DNA from: an uncultured bacterium
Lineage (GTDB): Bacteria; CAYUVA01
Length of the DNA: 64,000 nucleotides
Reading direction: 5' to 3'
NCBI GenBank assembly: GCA_964448115.1
Contig: CAYUVA010000020.1
Span: 1 to 64,000 of the forward strand
Part shown: piece by piece, positions 21,117 through 29,660 of the stretch
How positions within the stretch are numbered: position 1 is the first letter of the stretch
How the letters are laid out: every line of letters begins with the position of its first letter
Program-made: the position numbers and the translations under genes
The notes under the pieces: model-generated
Databases searched by the model: none
What the model was told of the DNA's origin: nothing
The model's input: the letters and a program-made list of their open reading frames with translations, nothing else

Positions 21117-21914
21117 TTGAGCAAGCTCTCCAAGTTCATCCATGTCGATACCAATGAGAGAGCCATTCCCTTTGGCTTGGGGCAGCGGGTGCAGTATGAA
21201 TCCTACCTGGCAGTAAAAAACCGCATCAACGATGTGGTTTACAAGCTCATCGATCTTCAGGCGCTCAAGGATTATATGGATGCATGCGGTAATGGCGCTA
21301 ACAGTCGGCTGACTTATGCGGTGCTTTTCATAAAAGCAATAGCGGAAGCGCTGAAGAAATATCCGCGCATTCACTATATGAAGCGCTTTAATCGAATTAT
21401 CGTTCCATCAACGATTGATATCGGGGTATCGGTTTATTCTGAGGAGGCGCTAAGTCCGGTGGTGGTAATAAGAGATGCTGGCAACAAGGATGTTTACAGC
21501 ATTGCCGAGGAACTCAGGGAGTTAACCAAACAAGCTCGTGCGCAAGAAAAGGAGGACCTGGAGTTCTATGGCAAGTTCGCCCGCCTGCTTCCGCTCGGTT
21601 TCTTTCGCAGAGCCATTCTAAGGCTTCTTTTACGCAGCCAGCGCTTCGCTCGCTCCCTGGTCGGCACTTTCCAGCTTAGCACCATGCACACCATGGATAT
21701 CGACTTCGGCATCACCTCAGCCTGCGTTACCACGCTTTTAATCATTGGCGGTATGCGTCAGCGTCCGATGGTTGTTGAAGGGCAGGTTATGCCCCGAACT
21801 TCGGCTTATTTTATGCTCCATGCCAATCACGGCATCATGCCCGGCAAGTACTTATCCGATTTTCTGGGAGAGCTGCAACGAATCCTCCATAAACCAGAGG
21901 AGTTGCTTCCTTGA
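21117..21914 (+). CDS. Stand-alone 2-oxoacid dehydrogenase E2-like acyltransferase catalytic domain
   Basis: FIKAIAEAL, DIGVSV, PVVVIRDA, GTFQLS and RPMVVEG segments; no lipoyl domain; HxxxDG reads HGIMPG; TTG start uncertain. Confidence 0.75.
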   Translation: MSKLSKFIHVDTNERAIPFGLGQRVQYESYLAVKNRINDVVYKLIDLQALKDYMDACGNGANSRLTYAVLFIKAIAEALKKYPRIHYMKRFNRIIVPSTIDIGVSVYSEEALSPVVVIRDAGNKDVYSIAEELRELTKQARAQEKEDLEFYGKFARLLPLGFFRRAILRLLLRSQRFARSLVGTFQLSTMHTMDIDFGITSACVTTLLIIGGMRQRPMVVEGQVMPRTSAYFMLHANHGIMPGKYLSDFLGELQRILHKPEELLP

Positions 21915-23071
21915 TGCTCTCTGCGGTACTTGCCCTGATCATCATCCTGGTGCTGAAGATAGGCTCTTTTTTGCTGCTTGCCTGGGTTGCGGAGCGAGTT
22001 CCGAGGCTCAATGCCGATACTTATGAGAAGCCACCCAATGAGCAGCCATTCATAAGCATCATCATCCCAGCCAGGAACGAACAGAAGAACATAGAGCGGG
22101 TGGCGCGCTCATGCATCGAGCAGCAGTATGATAATTACGAGATAATCGTGGTCGATGATCACTCGACCGATGATACCCATATTATTCTGGAAAGGTTGCG
22201 CCTAAAGAGCGACAAACTCAAGGTTATAGTCCCCCCGGAACTGCCCCCTGGATGGCTGGGCAAGAATCACGCTTTACATAATGGTGCTTTGGCTGCAAAG
22301 GGCGACTTTCTACTCTTCATCGATGCTGATACAAAGCTTCATCCAGCTTGCCTGATGCAGGTGAGCAATTACATGGTGGAGAAGAAGCCTGATCTGCTAA
22401 CCATCATACCGACCTTGGTCAACATCAGCTTCTGGGAGCGAATCATCCAACCCTGTATTATGAAGCTGATCCTGCTTTGGTTCCCCGGCAATCTGGTAAA
22501 TGAGCCAAAGAGCAAGGTCGCCTCGGCTAATGGACCCTTTCTTCTTTTTAAGAAAAGGTCATATTGGAGCATCGGGGGGCATGAAGCGCTCAAGGACGAT
22601 ATCGTCGAGGATCTCTCCCTTGCCAAAAGGTTAAAGCGCGCCGGGATGAATATAGCCTATATCAATGCGCCAGAGCTTCAGACCCTGCGCATGTACGATA
22701 GCCTGGTGGGCATCGTTCGGGGATGGAGAAAGAATTTCTATACCGGGCTGGAGAGAAATCCATTCCTGGCTGTGATTGCAATAGTGGGCATCTTTTTTAT
22801 GTTCGTTTATCCGTTTTTTGCTTTTCTTTATGGGCTTGGCGCGATGTTTCTGCATAACATCGGCGCGGTGCTCATACTTGCTGGATGCATATTGTTCGTT
22901 GATCGGATCACTGATAAACGACTACGAAAATTCTATAATTTGAAGCCCTGTCCGTTGTACCTGCAATTCTTGGGGTACTCGATTATTGTTGGGATCATCA
23001 TAAGCTCGGCGCTTGCCTGGTACACCAAGAGTGAGGTCGCCTGGAAGCAGCGCGGATGCAAGGTGAAATGA
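21911..23071 (+). CDS. Membrane GT2 glycosyltransferase (CrtQ/HpnB-like)
   Basis: IIIPARNE, DDHSTD, PPGWLGK, FIDAD, VED, RMY and GWRKN; N- and C-terminal TM helices. Confidence 0.88.
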   Translation: MMLSAVLALIIILVLKIGSFLLLAWVAERVPRLNADTYEKPPNEQPFISIIIPARNEQKNIERVARSCIEQQYDNYEIIVVDDHSTDDTHIILERLRLKSDKLKVIVPPELPPGWLGKNHALHNGALAAKGDFLLFIDADTKLHPACLMQVSNYMVEKKPDLLTIIPTLVNISFWERIIQPCIMKLILLWFPGNLVNEPKSKVASANGPFLLFKKRSYWSIGGHEALKDDIVEDLSLAKRLKRAGMNIAYINAPELQTLRMYDSLVGIVRGWRKNFYTGLERNPFLAVIAIVGIFFMFVYPFFAFLYGLGAMFLHNIGAVLILAGCILFVDRITDKRLRKFYNLKPCPLYLQFLGYSIIVGIIISSALAWYTKSEVAWKQRGCKVK

Positions 23072-24327
23072 GGCGCCTTGAATCGATGAAGGGATATATC
23101 TTAAGATCAAAACAAGCACTTCCACCGACCGATGAAAAGGTGGCTGAGGCTATGGTTGCCAACATGACCCTGCTCGACTACCAGAAGGGCATACTAAGGC
23201 GCCACTGCGAGCAAGTACAAGTCATCGATAATGCAAGCGAAATCGACTCTTTCCCCTGTATTATCATCGAGGGCAACCTGTTCTTCAGCGAACATATTAT
23301 AAACAAGTTCATCCGCAAGGCGAAAAAGCAGGGAAGTAATTCCAGACTGGCGCATAAGATGACCTCGCTGCATTCCGATTATCTCTGCCTCCAGGACCTT
23401 CAGCGCATCGAACAACAGGGAGACCAAGTGCTTCTGTTTGCCGTTTATTACATAATCAAGGCTGCTGGAGAGGTCTCTCTGGATAGCTGCGAGCCTCTAC
23501 TTGTCAAGGTCAATGAGCGCACCGTTGAGCCGGCGATGCTCAACCGTCTGATGCCGCAAGGACAAACGCTCAAGATCGGAATAAGCCGCCAGGTCATATT
23601 CCAGATCAACCATTGGCACCACCTGGTCATAGCCAATGTCTATTATTGTTTTCTGTTCTGGATGCGCTTCACTATAGGACGTATATTGCGCTATTTATGG
23701 TGGACCCTAACCTCCTTCAGCTTCAACAAGTGGAATATAATCCGCCGCTTCAAGTTCATCGGCAAAAACTGCGACATCCATCCCGATGCCCGCATCGAGT
23801 TATCGGTCATCGGCGATAATGTGCGCATAGCAAAGGGGGTGTATGTTTTAGGCAGCATCATCGGAGACGATGTAACCCTGGACTTGAATACCGATGTGCG
23901 CTTTTCGGTGATCGGTAATAAATGCTCATCTGGCTTGGAGAGCTTCGTCGGTATGAGCGTGCTTTACCCGGGGACTTACATCTCGATGCCTGGTGTCCAG
24001 CTTTCGCTACTTGGCAGAAACACCTTCAGTGCAGGGAATAACTGGTACATCGACCTCAAGTTCAAATCGCTGGTCAAGGTGTGGCACCAGGGCAAGCGGG
24101 TTCAATTGAAAACGAACAACATGGGGGTTGCAGTGGGGAATGATTGCGTTATCGGTCTGGGGAATATTATCGAGTCTGGTATTGAGATCCCCAGCGGAAC
24201 CTTTCTGGTCGCCAATCCGGGTGTTATGCTGCGTGGAGATCTGAGCGACATACCCAAGGATATAGCTGTCTATGTTGAGGATGGCGTGATCAAGCCGCTG
24301 AAACGACCGCCTAAGAAGGATGAATAG
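23068..24327 (+). CDS. Left-handed beta-helix (hexapeptide repeat) protein, putative acyltransferase
   Basis: C-terminal IGKNCDIH, IGDNVRIA, IGDDVTLD and VGNDCVIG repeats; ATG overlaps the upstream stop. Confidence 0.7.
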   Translation: MRRLESMKGYILRSKQALPPTDEKVAEAMVANMTLLDYQKGILRRHCEQVQVIDNASEIDSFPCIIIEGNLFFSEHIINKFIRKAKKQGSNSRLAHKMTSLHSDYLCLQDLQRIEQQGDQVLLFAVYYIIKAAGEVSLDSCEPLLVKVNERTVEPAMLNRLMPQGQTLKIGISRQVIFQINHWHHLVIANVYYCFLFWMRFTIGRILRYLWWTLTSFSFNKWNIIRRFKFIGKNCDIHPDARIELSVIGDNVRIAKGVYVLGSIIGDDVTLDLNTDVRFSVIGNKCSSGLESFVGMSVLYPGTYISMPGVQLSLLGRNTFSAGNNWYIDLKFKSLVKVWHQGKRVQLKTNNMGVAVGNDCVIGLGNIIESGIEIPSGTFLVANPGVMLRGDLSDIPKDIAVYVEDGVIKPLKRPPKKDE

Positions 24328-24940
24328 TGCTCTCAATAAAAGCAAACCGCCGCATGGTCTCAAGGCAAGGCAGCTTTGGCGCGCCAGGTTCATTCACGAC
24401 AAGCTAAAGGACTACCTCCCCGCAGAGTATCTCGATTTCGGGTGCGGCAACGGCGCGATCACCTACCAGGGGAGAGAGCTGGGTTACCAGGCTTATGGCG
24501 TGGATGTGGATGCAAACCTGCTGTTCTCCATTCCCATGGTGGTCTATGATGGTAAACGATTGCCCTTTGCTGATAATGCTTATGAGGGAGCTATTGCTCT
24601 GTTCGTGCTGCATCACACACCTGATGTGGAGGCATCGCTAGCCGAGCTGGCGCGAGTAACCAAGCAAAGGCTGATTATCATCGAGGATGTCTGGGAGAAT
24701 TGGTGGCAGAAGTTCTTCTTGTATTTTTTTCACCATCTGTTCGATCTTTTTATGTTAATATTAAACAAGCTCAGGTTCACGAGCTGGAAAGTGAGCGCGA
24801 AACTTAATTTCAGGGACGAAAATGGCTGGATTCAAACCTTTGAGAGAATGGGCTTAAAGGTTGCAAAAGTAATCCCCCTGACCTTTCTTTCCTGGATTCC
24901 CATAAGGCACAAGGTATTTATAGTGGATGTTGATGGATAA
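24320..24940 (+). CDS. Class I SAM-dependent methyltransferase
   Basis: LDFGCGNG, GVDVD, LPFADN, VLHH and ELARV motifs. Confidence 0.88.
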   Translation: MNSALNKSKPPHGLKARQLWRARFIHDKLKDYLPAEYLDFGCGNGAITYQGRELGYQAYGVDVDANLLFSIPMVVYDGKRLPFADNAYEGAIALFVLHHTPDVEASLAELARVTKQRLIIIEDVWENWWQKFFLYFFHHLFDLFMLILNKLRFTSWKVSAKLNFRDENGWIQTFERMGLKVAKVIPLTFLSWIPIRHKVFIVDVDG

Positions 24941-25014
24941 TAGAAACGATCTGATATGAGTTGTATCATTTTTTAACTCGCAATCCTCTAGTGCCTATGA
25001 TATGATAAACGATC

Positions 25015-25893
25015 GTGAAAATGAATGATGATGTAGCAAAATTCATCAAGATGCACGGATTGGGGAATGACTATATCTTCATCCCTAGAGGAACTGGCTG
25101 CACGGATATTGAACCTCGACTGGTACGGATGCTAAGCGATAGGCATACCGGTATAGGCGGGGATGGTGTCGTTCTCTTCGGCTATAGTACGGATCCTTCT
25201 GCTGATATCTTCATGATCATCTACAATTCTGATGGTTCAAGGGCTTCCATGTGCGGAAATGCCTTAAGATGCCTTGCCAGGTATCATTTTATAAGAGTCG
25301 ATAACCGAAAATCTGAGTTATACATAAAAGTTGGCCATCGAACCTGTAAGGCATATCGAGATCAAGATGATCCTCAAGCAGAGATTGTACATGTAATAAT
25401 CGGCAAGCCGAGTTACATTGCCCAAGATATCCCACTGAGCAATGATGCCCCCCAGGAAGATCCACTCAAACTTAAGATCGATGACTCGCTTGTCTTTGAG
25501 ATAACCACTGTTAGCATGGGGAATCCGCATGCGGTTATCTTCGTTGATGATCTGTCATCTGTAGATCTAGCTCTACATGGCAAATTTATCGAGAATCATG
25601 GCTGGTTTTTAGACAAAGCCAATGTCGGATTCATAGAAATACGCAATGCCCATCACATAAAAGCTCGCATCTGGGAGCGTGGGGCAGGAGCAACCCTGGC
25701 TTGTGGGAGTGGAGCTTGCGCTGCCGTTGCCGCTGGCGTGAAAAGGGGATTGCTAAAACCCCCTGTAACCGTGGAGATGACTAAAGGAAATCTTGAGATA
25801 GATATAAATGAAAACGGTGAGGTCATAATGTCCGGACCCGCCACTATAGTATGCGAGGGAACCATTTATCCTGAATTTCTGGAAGCTGTATGA
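25015..25893 (+). CDS. dapF: Diaminopimelate epimerase
   Basis: KMHGLGND, MCGN, MGNPH and WERGAGATLACGSG; alternative start at ATG 25021. Confidence 0.96.
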   Translation: MKMNDDVAKFIKMHGLGNDYIFIPRGTGCTDIEPRLVRMLSDRHTGIGGDGVVLFGYSTDPSADIFMIIYNSDGSRASMCGNALRCLARYHFIRVDNRKSELYIKVGHRTCKAYRDQDDPQAEIVHVIIGKPSYIAQDIPLSNDAPQEDPLKLKIDDSLVFEITTVSMGNPHAVIFVDDLSSVDLALHGKFIENHGWFLDKANVGFIEIRNAHHIKARIWERGAGATLACGSGACAAVAAGVKRGLLKPPVTVEMTKGNLEIDINENGEVIMSGPATIVCEGTIYPEFLEAV

Positions 25894-26357
25894 GAAAATG
25901 GGAGGAGGTAGTAGCCACTGGACTTTACAGCGGATACTCCCCTGTTGCTCCCGGCACCGTTGGGACCCTTTTCGCAATACCCTTATTCCTGCTGGTCAAC
26001 CTTATATTACCAGATGATACACTATGGTACCTGCTTTTGATCGGGCTGCTCTTTTGTATGGGAGTGAATGTCTCTGAGAGTTTTGAGAGGGTTTATCATA
26101 AAAAAGATCCCGCTCCGGTTGTGATTGATGAGATAGTTGGATTCCTCGTAACCATGATGTTTGTCAAGATAAGCCTTACATCAATAGCGCTAGGCTTCAT
26201 ATTGTTCAGGTTCTTTGATATCGCAAAGATACCGCCGGGGAGATACTTTGATAAAAAAAAGAAAAGTGGCGGATTCAATATAATGATGGATGATATCGTA
26301 GCAGGTATATATGCATGTATTTCTTTACATATAATCCTTAAGTTAATTAATCTATAA
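25890..26357 (+). CDS. pgpA: Phosphatidylglycerophosphatase A
   Basis: APGTVGT, DP-x-x-VVIDE, FRFFDIAK and MMDDIVAG motifs. Confidence 0.95.
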   Translation: MRKWEEVVATGLYSGYSPVAPGTVGTLFAIPLFLLVNLILPDDTLWYLLLIGLLFCMGVNVSESFERVYHKKDPAPVVIDEIVGFLVTMMFVKISLTSIALGFILFRFFDIAKIPPGRYFDKKKKSGGFNIMMDDIVAGIYACISLHIILKLINL

Positions 26358-26363
26358 CTTGGT

Positions 26364-27605
26364 ATGAAAGCAAAGATACTGACCATTGGTACAGAGTTAA
26401 CTCGGGGAGGGCTTGAAAATACTAACTCCATTTACCTTGCCCGTAAACTGACCGAGATGGGATTGATAGTCAGCCAGATCATAACCGTCCCCGATAATAA
26501 GAAAGCCCTGGAGATCGCCTTTCGACAGGCAGCCGCTGATGCTAAGATAGTCATCGCAACCGGAGGGCTAGGCGCTACCGATAATGATATTACCAAGGAA
26601 GGATTCTGCGCTGCATTTAACGAAAGGTTGCTTCTTTATCGCAACCTCTTGGAGGAGATAAAAGAAAAGCTAAAGAAAAGAGAGAGTCCATTCACCTCGC
26701 TCTATGAAAAACAAGCTTACCTCCCAGAGAACGCTAAGGTGCTTCGCAATCCGCTAGGTCTCGCATTCGGTTGGGCGTATTATACGAGGAAAACCCAGCT
26801 TTATATCCTTCCTGGTCTGCCGATGGAGATGCAGTACATATTCGAAACCTCGGTGCAACCGGAGATCCTCTCCATGCCACGAACCATAAAAGAGTTGACC
26901 AGGGTAGTTCGAACTATAGGAGTTCCAGAGGCGTTTATCCAGGAAAATATAGGCAAAGAAAAACTCACCAACGAATTTGTCAATATACGACTCCAAGCCC
27001 ATTTTGCTGGCGTGGATGTAGCTGTTACATTAACCGGCAAACCCTCTGAGCAACTTGCAGAGCCTATGGAGCTTATTGTACGAAAATTGCAAAGCATCTT
27101 AGGGATAAATATTTATGGCTATAATAATGATACCTTGCATGGCGTCCTGGGAAAGGCTCTCATCGAGAAAAACTTGACCCTGTCGGTTGCAGAATCGTTC
27201 ACCGGTGGAAAGGTGATGGATTTAATTACTGATATACCAGGCAGCAGCGAATACTTCATGGAAGGCAAGGTTACTTACTCCAATGCAGCCAAGATTAGCG
27301 AGCTTGGAGTTGATGAGGATACCATCAAAAGATATGGCGCAGTCTCCGCTGATGTGGCTAAAGATATGGCGGATGGTATTCGCAAAAGAAGCGGTACCGA
27401 TATAGGCATTAGCACTACTGGCATCGCGGGACCGACTGGAGCAACGCCCATGAAACCAGTGGGATTGGTATTCGTTGGCTACTCAGATGAGCGAGGAAAT
27501 GATGCTGTAAAATACATTCTTTCTGGAGACCGTAATGCGGTAAAGACTAAAGGCGCCTACCTTGCACTCGATATTGCCAGGAGGCATATAATTGGAAAAA
27601 AATAA
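26364..27605 (+). CDS. cinA: Competence/damage-inducible protein CinA (MoCF-like + PncC domains)
   Basis: IGTEL, TGGLG-x-T-x-x-DIT, AESFTGG, GAVS and TGIAGP-x-G motifs. Confidence 0.94.
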   Translation: MKAKILTIGTELTRGGLENTNSIYLARKLTEMGLIVSQIITVPDNKKALEIAFRQAAADAKIVIATGGLGATDNDITKEGFCAAFNERLLLYRNLLEEIKEKLKKRESPFTSLYEKQAYLPENAKVLRNPLGLAFGWAYYTRKTQLYILPGLPMEMQYIFETSVQPEILSMPRTIKELTRVVRTIGVPEAFIQENIGKEKLTNEFVNIRLQAHFAGVDVAVTLTGKPSEQLAEPMELIVRKLQSILGINIYGYNNDTLHGVLGKALIEKNLTLSVAESFTGGKVMDLITDIPGSSEYFMEGKVTYSNAAKISELGVDEDTIKRYGAVSADVAKDMADGIRKRSGTDIGISTTGIAGPTGATPMKPVGLVFVGYSDERGNDAVKYILSGDRNAVKTKGAYLALDIARRHIIGKK

Positions 27606-28176
27606 AGACCATAAGAGCACTATCCGCTGTTTCATCGCGATAAATCTCCCCAGGGAGCTAAAGGAACATATCCACGCATCAATAAAAGATATTAAGGCTA
27701 TCGGGCATGGAATAAAGTGGGTCGATAAGGAAAATCTGCATATCACGGTCAAGTTTTTAGGAGATGTAAATACTGCTAATATTGAGAGAATCTCCAATAC
27801 CCTGGCGGATGTTGCTGGCAAGACAGCGGCATTTGAGCTAAGGATCGATCACTTTGGCGTCTTCCCCAGCGAGAGGAAGCCGCGGGTCCTGTGGGTGGGA
27901 TGTGAAAACGAAGAACCTTATATTAGGCTGGCAGGCTCGGTAGATGAAGCACTTTCGAGGCTTGGATTTGAGATGGAAAAAAAGAAACCCACCGCTCATG
28001 TTACCATCGCCAGATGCAAATTCCCTAAAGAGGCTACCGATGTTGTTCAAAGACTAAGCTCGAAAAGCTTCCAACCCATCAACCTATTCGTAGATTCGGT
28101 ACAACTAATGAGAAGCACACTCACGCCCAAAGGGGCGATATACGAGATCATATCCTCATACAAACTGAAAGCATAG
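27592..28176 (+). CDS. thpR: RNA 2',3'-cyclic phosphodiesterase (2H family)
   Basis: Two HxT motifs (LHITV, AHVTI), RCFIAI and PRVLWVG; follows cinA. Confidence 0.92.
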   Translation: MEKNKDHKSTIRCFIAINLPRELKEHIHASIKDIKAIGHGIKWVDKENLHITVKFLGDVNTANIERISNTLADVAGKTAAFELRIDHFGVFPSERKPRVLWVGCENEEPYIRLAGSVDEALSRLGFEMEKKKPTAHVTIARCKFPKEATDVVQRLSSKSFQPINLFVDSVQLMRSTLTPKGAIYEIISSYKLKA

Positions 28177-28305
28177 ATAAATCAACTCATCCAATACCGA
28201 CCCCTAGCACAAAGATGTTATTGAAAAAAATTTCATTAGGACTTGCTTTTTAAAACTAATGTATTATATTATTAGTAGCACTGGAAAAGTGAAGGGGAAA
28301 GGATT

Positions 28306-29151
28306 ATGTATGAAAATAGGCATAATAGGTATTGGCTGTTCAGCCTTTGCATGTGTCTGCTTTTAAGTATTTCTGCAAGCACTTTGGAACTCAGGAGACC
28401 GCAACCCGCCCTATCATTCGCCTACCAGGCTTCAGATTGCCTGAACATGGCAGCGATGCAAGCCAAAGACTCCGGGGATGACTGCGATGGTATAGATCTG
28501 GTCGTAGTTGGAAATACCTTATACATGACCCACTATAATGCCGAGTATAACTGCTGCGCTGATATGGTCGTTCATTATCAACTTCAGGGTAATATCATCA
28601 AGTTCATCGAGGTGGAGACCTTTGGCGAGTACGGTCCCTGCGAATGCCTCTGCATGTTCGAGCTTAGCGCCCAGCTCGGTGGATTATCATCAGGGGATTA
28701 TATTGTGAAGGTGCAAGACCAATACGGCTACTGCTACTGCACAAAGGAGATCCATATTTCCAATCTCAAGCTCAAAGGGCGCTTTGCACGAGTGAGCTAT
28801 CTGCAGAGCGGATGCCTTCCAATGGGCAAGGGCGATGATATGTCCCTCAAGTGCGTCAACTGGGAGCAGACCTGTGATAACTTCGAGTTCATCTCCAACG
28901 GAAGCACACTTGACATCATTCACCGTTGCGCCTTCTATAATTGCTGCGCCATTTTAGTGCCCCAAGTCTCAGTGGATGGCTACACCATCACCGTGGTAGA
29001 ACTGGAGACCTTTGACGAGATGGGACCCTGCTACTGCATGTGTTTCTTCAATTTTACCACTAGCATAAGGTACCTAAATCCAGGCGTTTACACGGTAACT
29101 ATCATGAACCAGCAGGGTGAGGTATATTGCCAGGCAGAGGTGGAGATGTAG
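28306..29151 (+). CDS. Secreted Cys-rich protein with two tandem homologous domains
   Basis: Signal-like N-terminus; both halves contain H-x-x-A-x-YNCCA and ETF-x-E-x-GPC-x-C-x-C; purine-rich RBS. Confidence 0.8.
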   Translation: MYENRHNRYWLFSLCMCLLLSISASTLELRRPQPALSFAYQASDCLNMAAMQAKDSGDDCDGIDLVVVGNTLYMTHYNAEYNCCADMVVHYQLQGNIIKFIEVETFGEYGPCECLCMFELSAQLGGLSSGDYIVKVQDQYGYCYCTKEIHISNLKLKGRFARVSYLQSGCLPMGKGDDMSLKCVNWEQTCDNFEFISNGSTLDIIHRCAFYNCCAILVPQVSVDGYTITVVELETFDEMGPCYCMCFFNFTTSIRYLNPGVYTVTIMNQQGEVYCQAEVEM

Positions 29152-29284
29152 AGGGAGGATTAGATTCCCTAACAAAGAGGCTTTTTATTAAGACCGCGGA
29201 TCAAGAGGCTAGCTAAGGAACTATTCTCAAGCCTGATTTGTTTAGCCCTAATTAACAAGTTAATGCTTCCATGATGTTCTCAAA

Positions 29285-29510
29285 GTCCTGTCCGAAATAT
29301 TCTGTAATTTCATTATACTGATGAGCATATACATCATTCAATCTCGCATTTCAAGGGGTAATTTCTTCTTGGTTATGCTCTATACGAAGGATACCATTCA
29401 TCGTTGAGAAAGCCCCTGCGAGCTTTAGATGAGGAACTTGTAGTTCCAGAGCTCCTACACGGGTCTTCAATCTTCTTGGCTTATAGCCATTTCGATAGCC
29501 TTGTCGAGAT
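29285..29510 (-). mobile_element. IS256-family transposase remnant
   Basis: Minus strand encodes QGYRNGYKPRRLKTRVGALELQVP, typical of IS256 transposase N-termini; no full ORF; an end-like sequence near 29285-29310 is a weaker inference. Confidence 0.7.
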
Positions 29511-29535
29511 TTGCTGGGTTCATACTTCAAATACC

Positions 29536-29560
29536 GGATTCCCGCCTGCACGGGAATGAC
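29536..29560. repeat. REP/dRS3-like palindrome ATTCCC-N8-GGGAAT
   Basis: GG-ATTCCCG-CCTGCA-CGGGAAT-GAC, with 7-bp perfect arms. Confidence 0.8.
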
Positions 29561-29606
29561 AAGAAGTGGAGCCAGATGCTTCGAGTTTTTGATAAGAAAC
29601 CTTTTT

Positions 29607-29633
29607 CTTTGCGTCTTCATCGCTTTGCGTGAT
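29607..29633. repeat. Degenerate copy of the CTTTGCGT octamer element
   Basis: CTTTGCGT-CTTCATCG-CTTTGCGT-GAT. Confidence 0.75.
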
Positions 29634-29660
29634 ACAATCTTTCCTCAAAACAGCAGCCTG

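Noticed and set aside
29511-29660. N-terminal extension of the DUF2723 ORF
   Set aside because: It is translation through the palindrome and octamer repeat; family similarity begins later.
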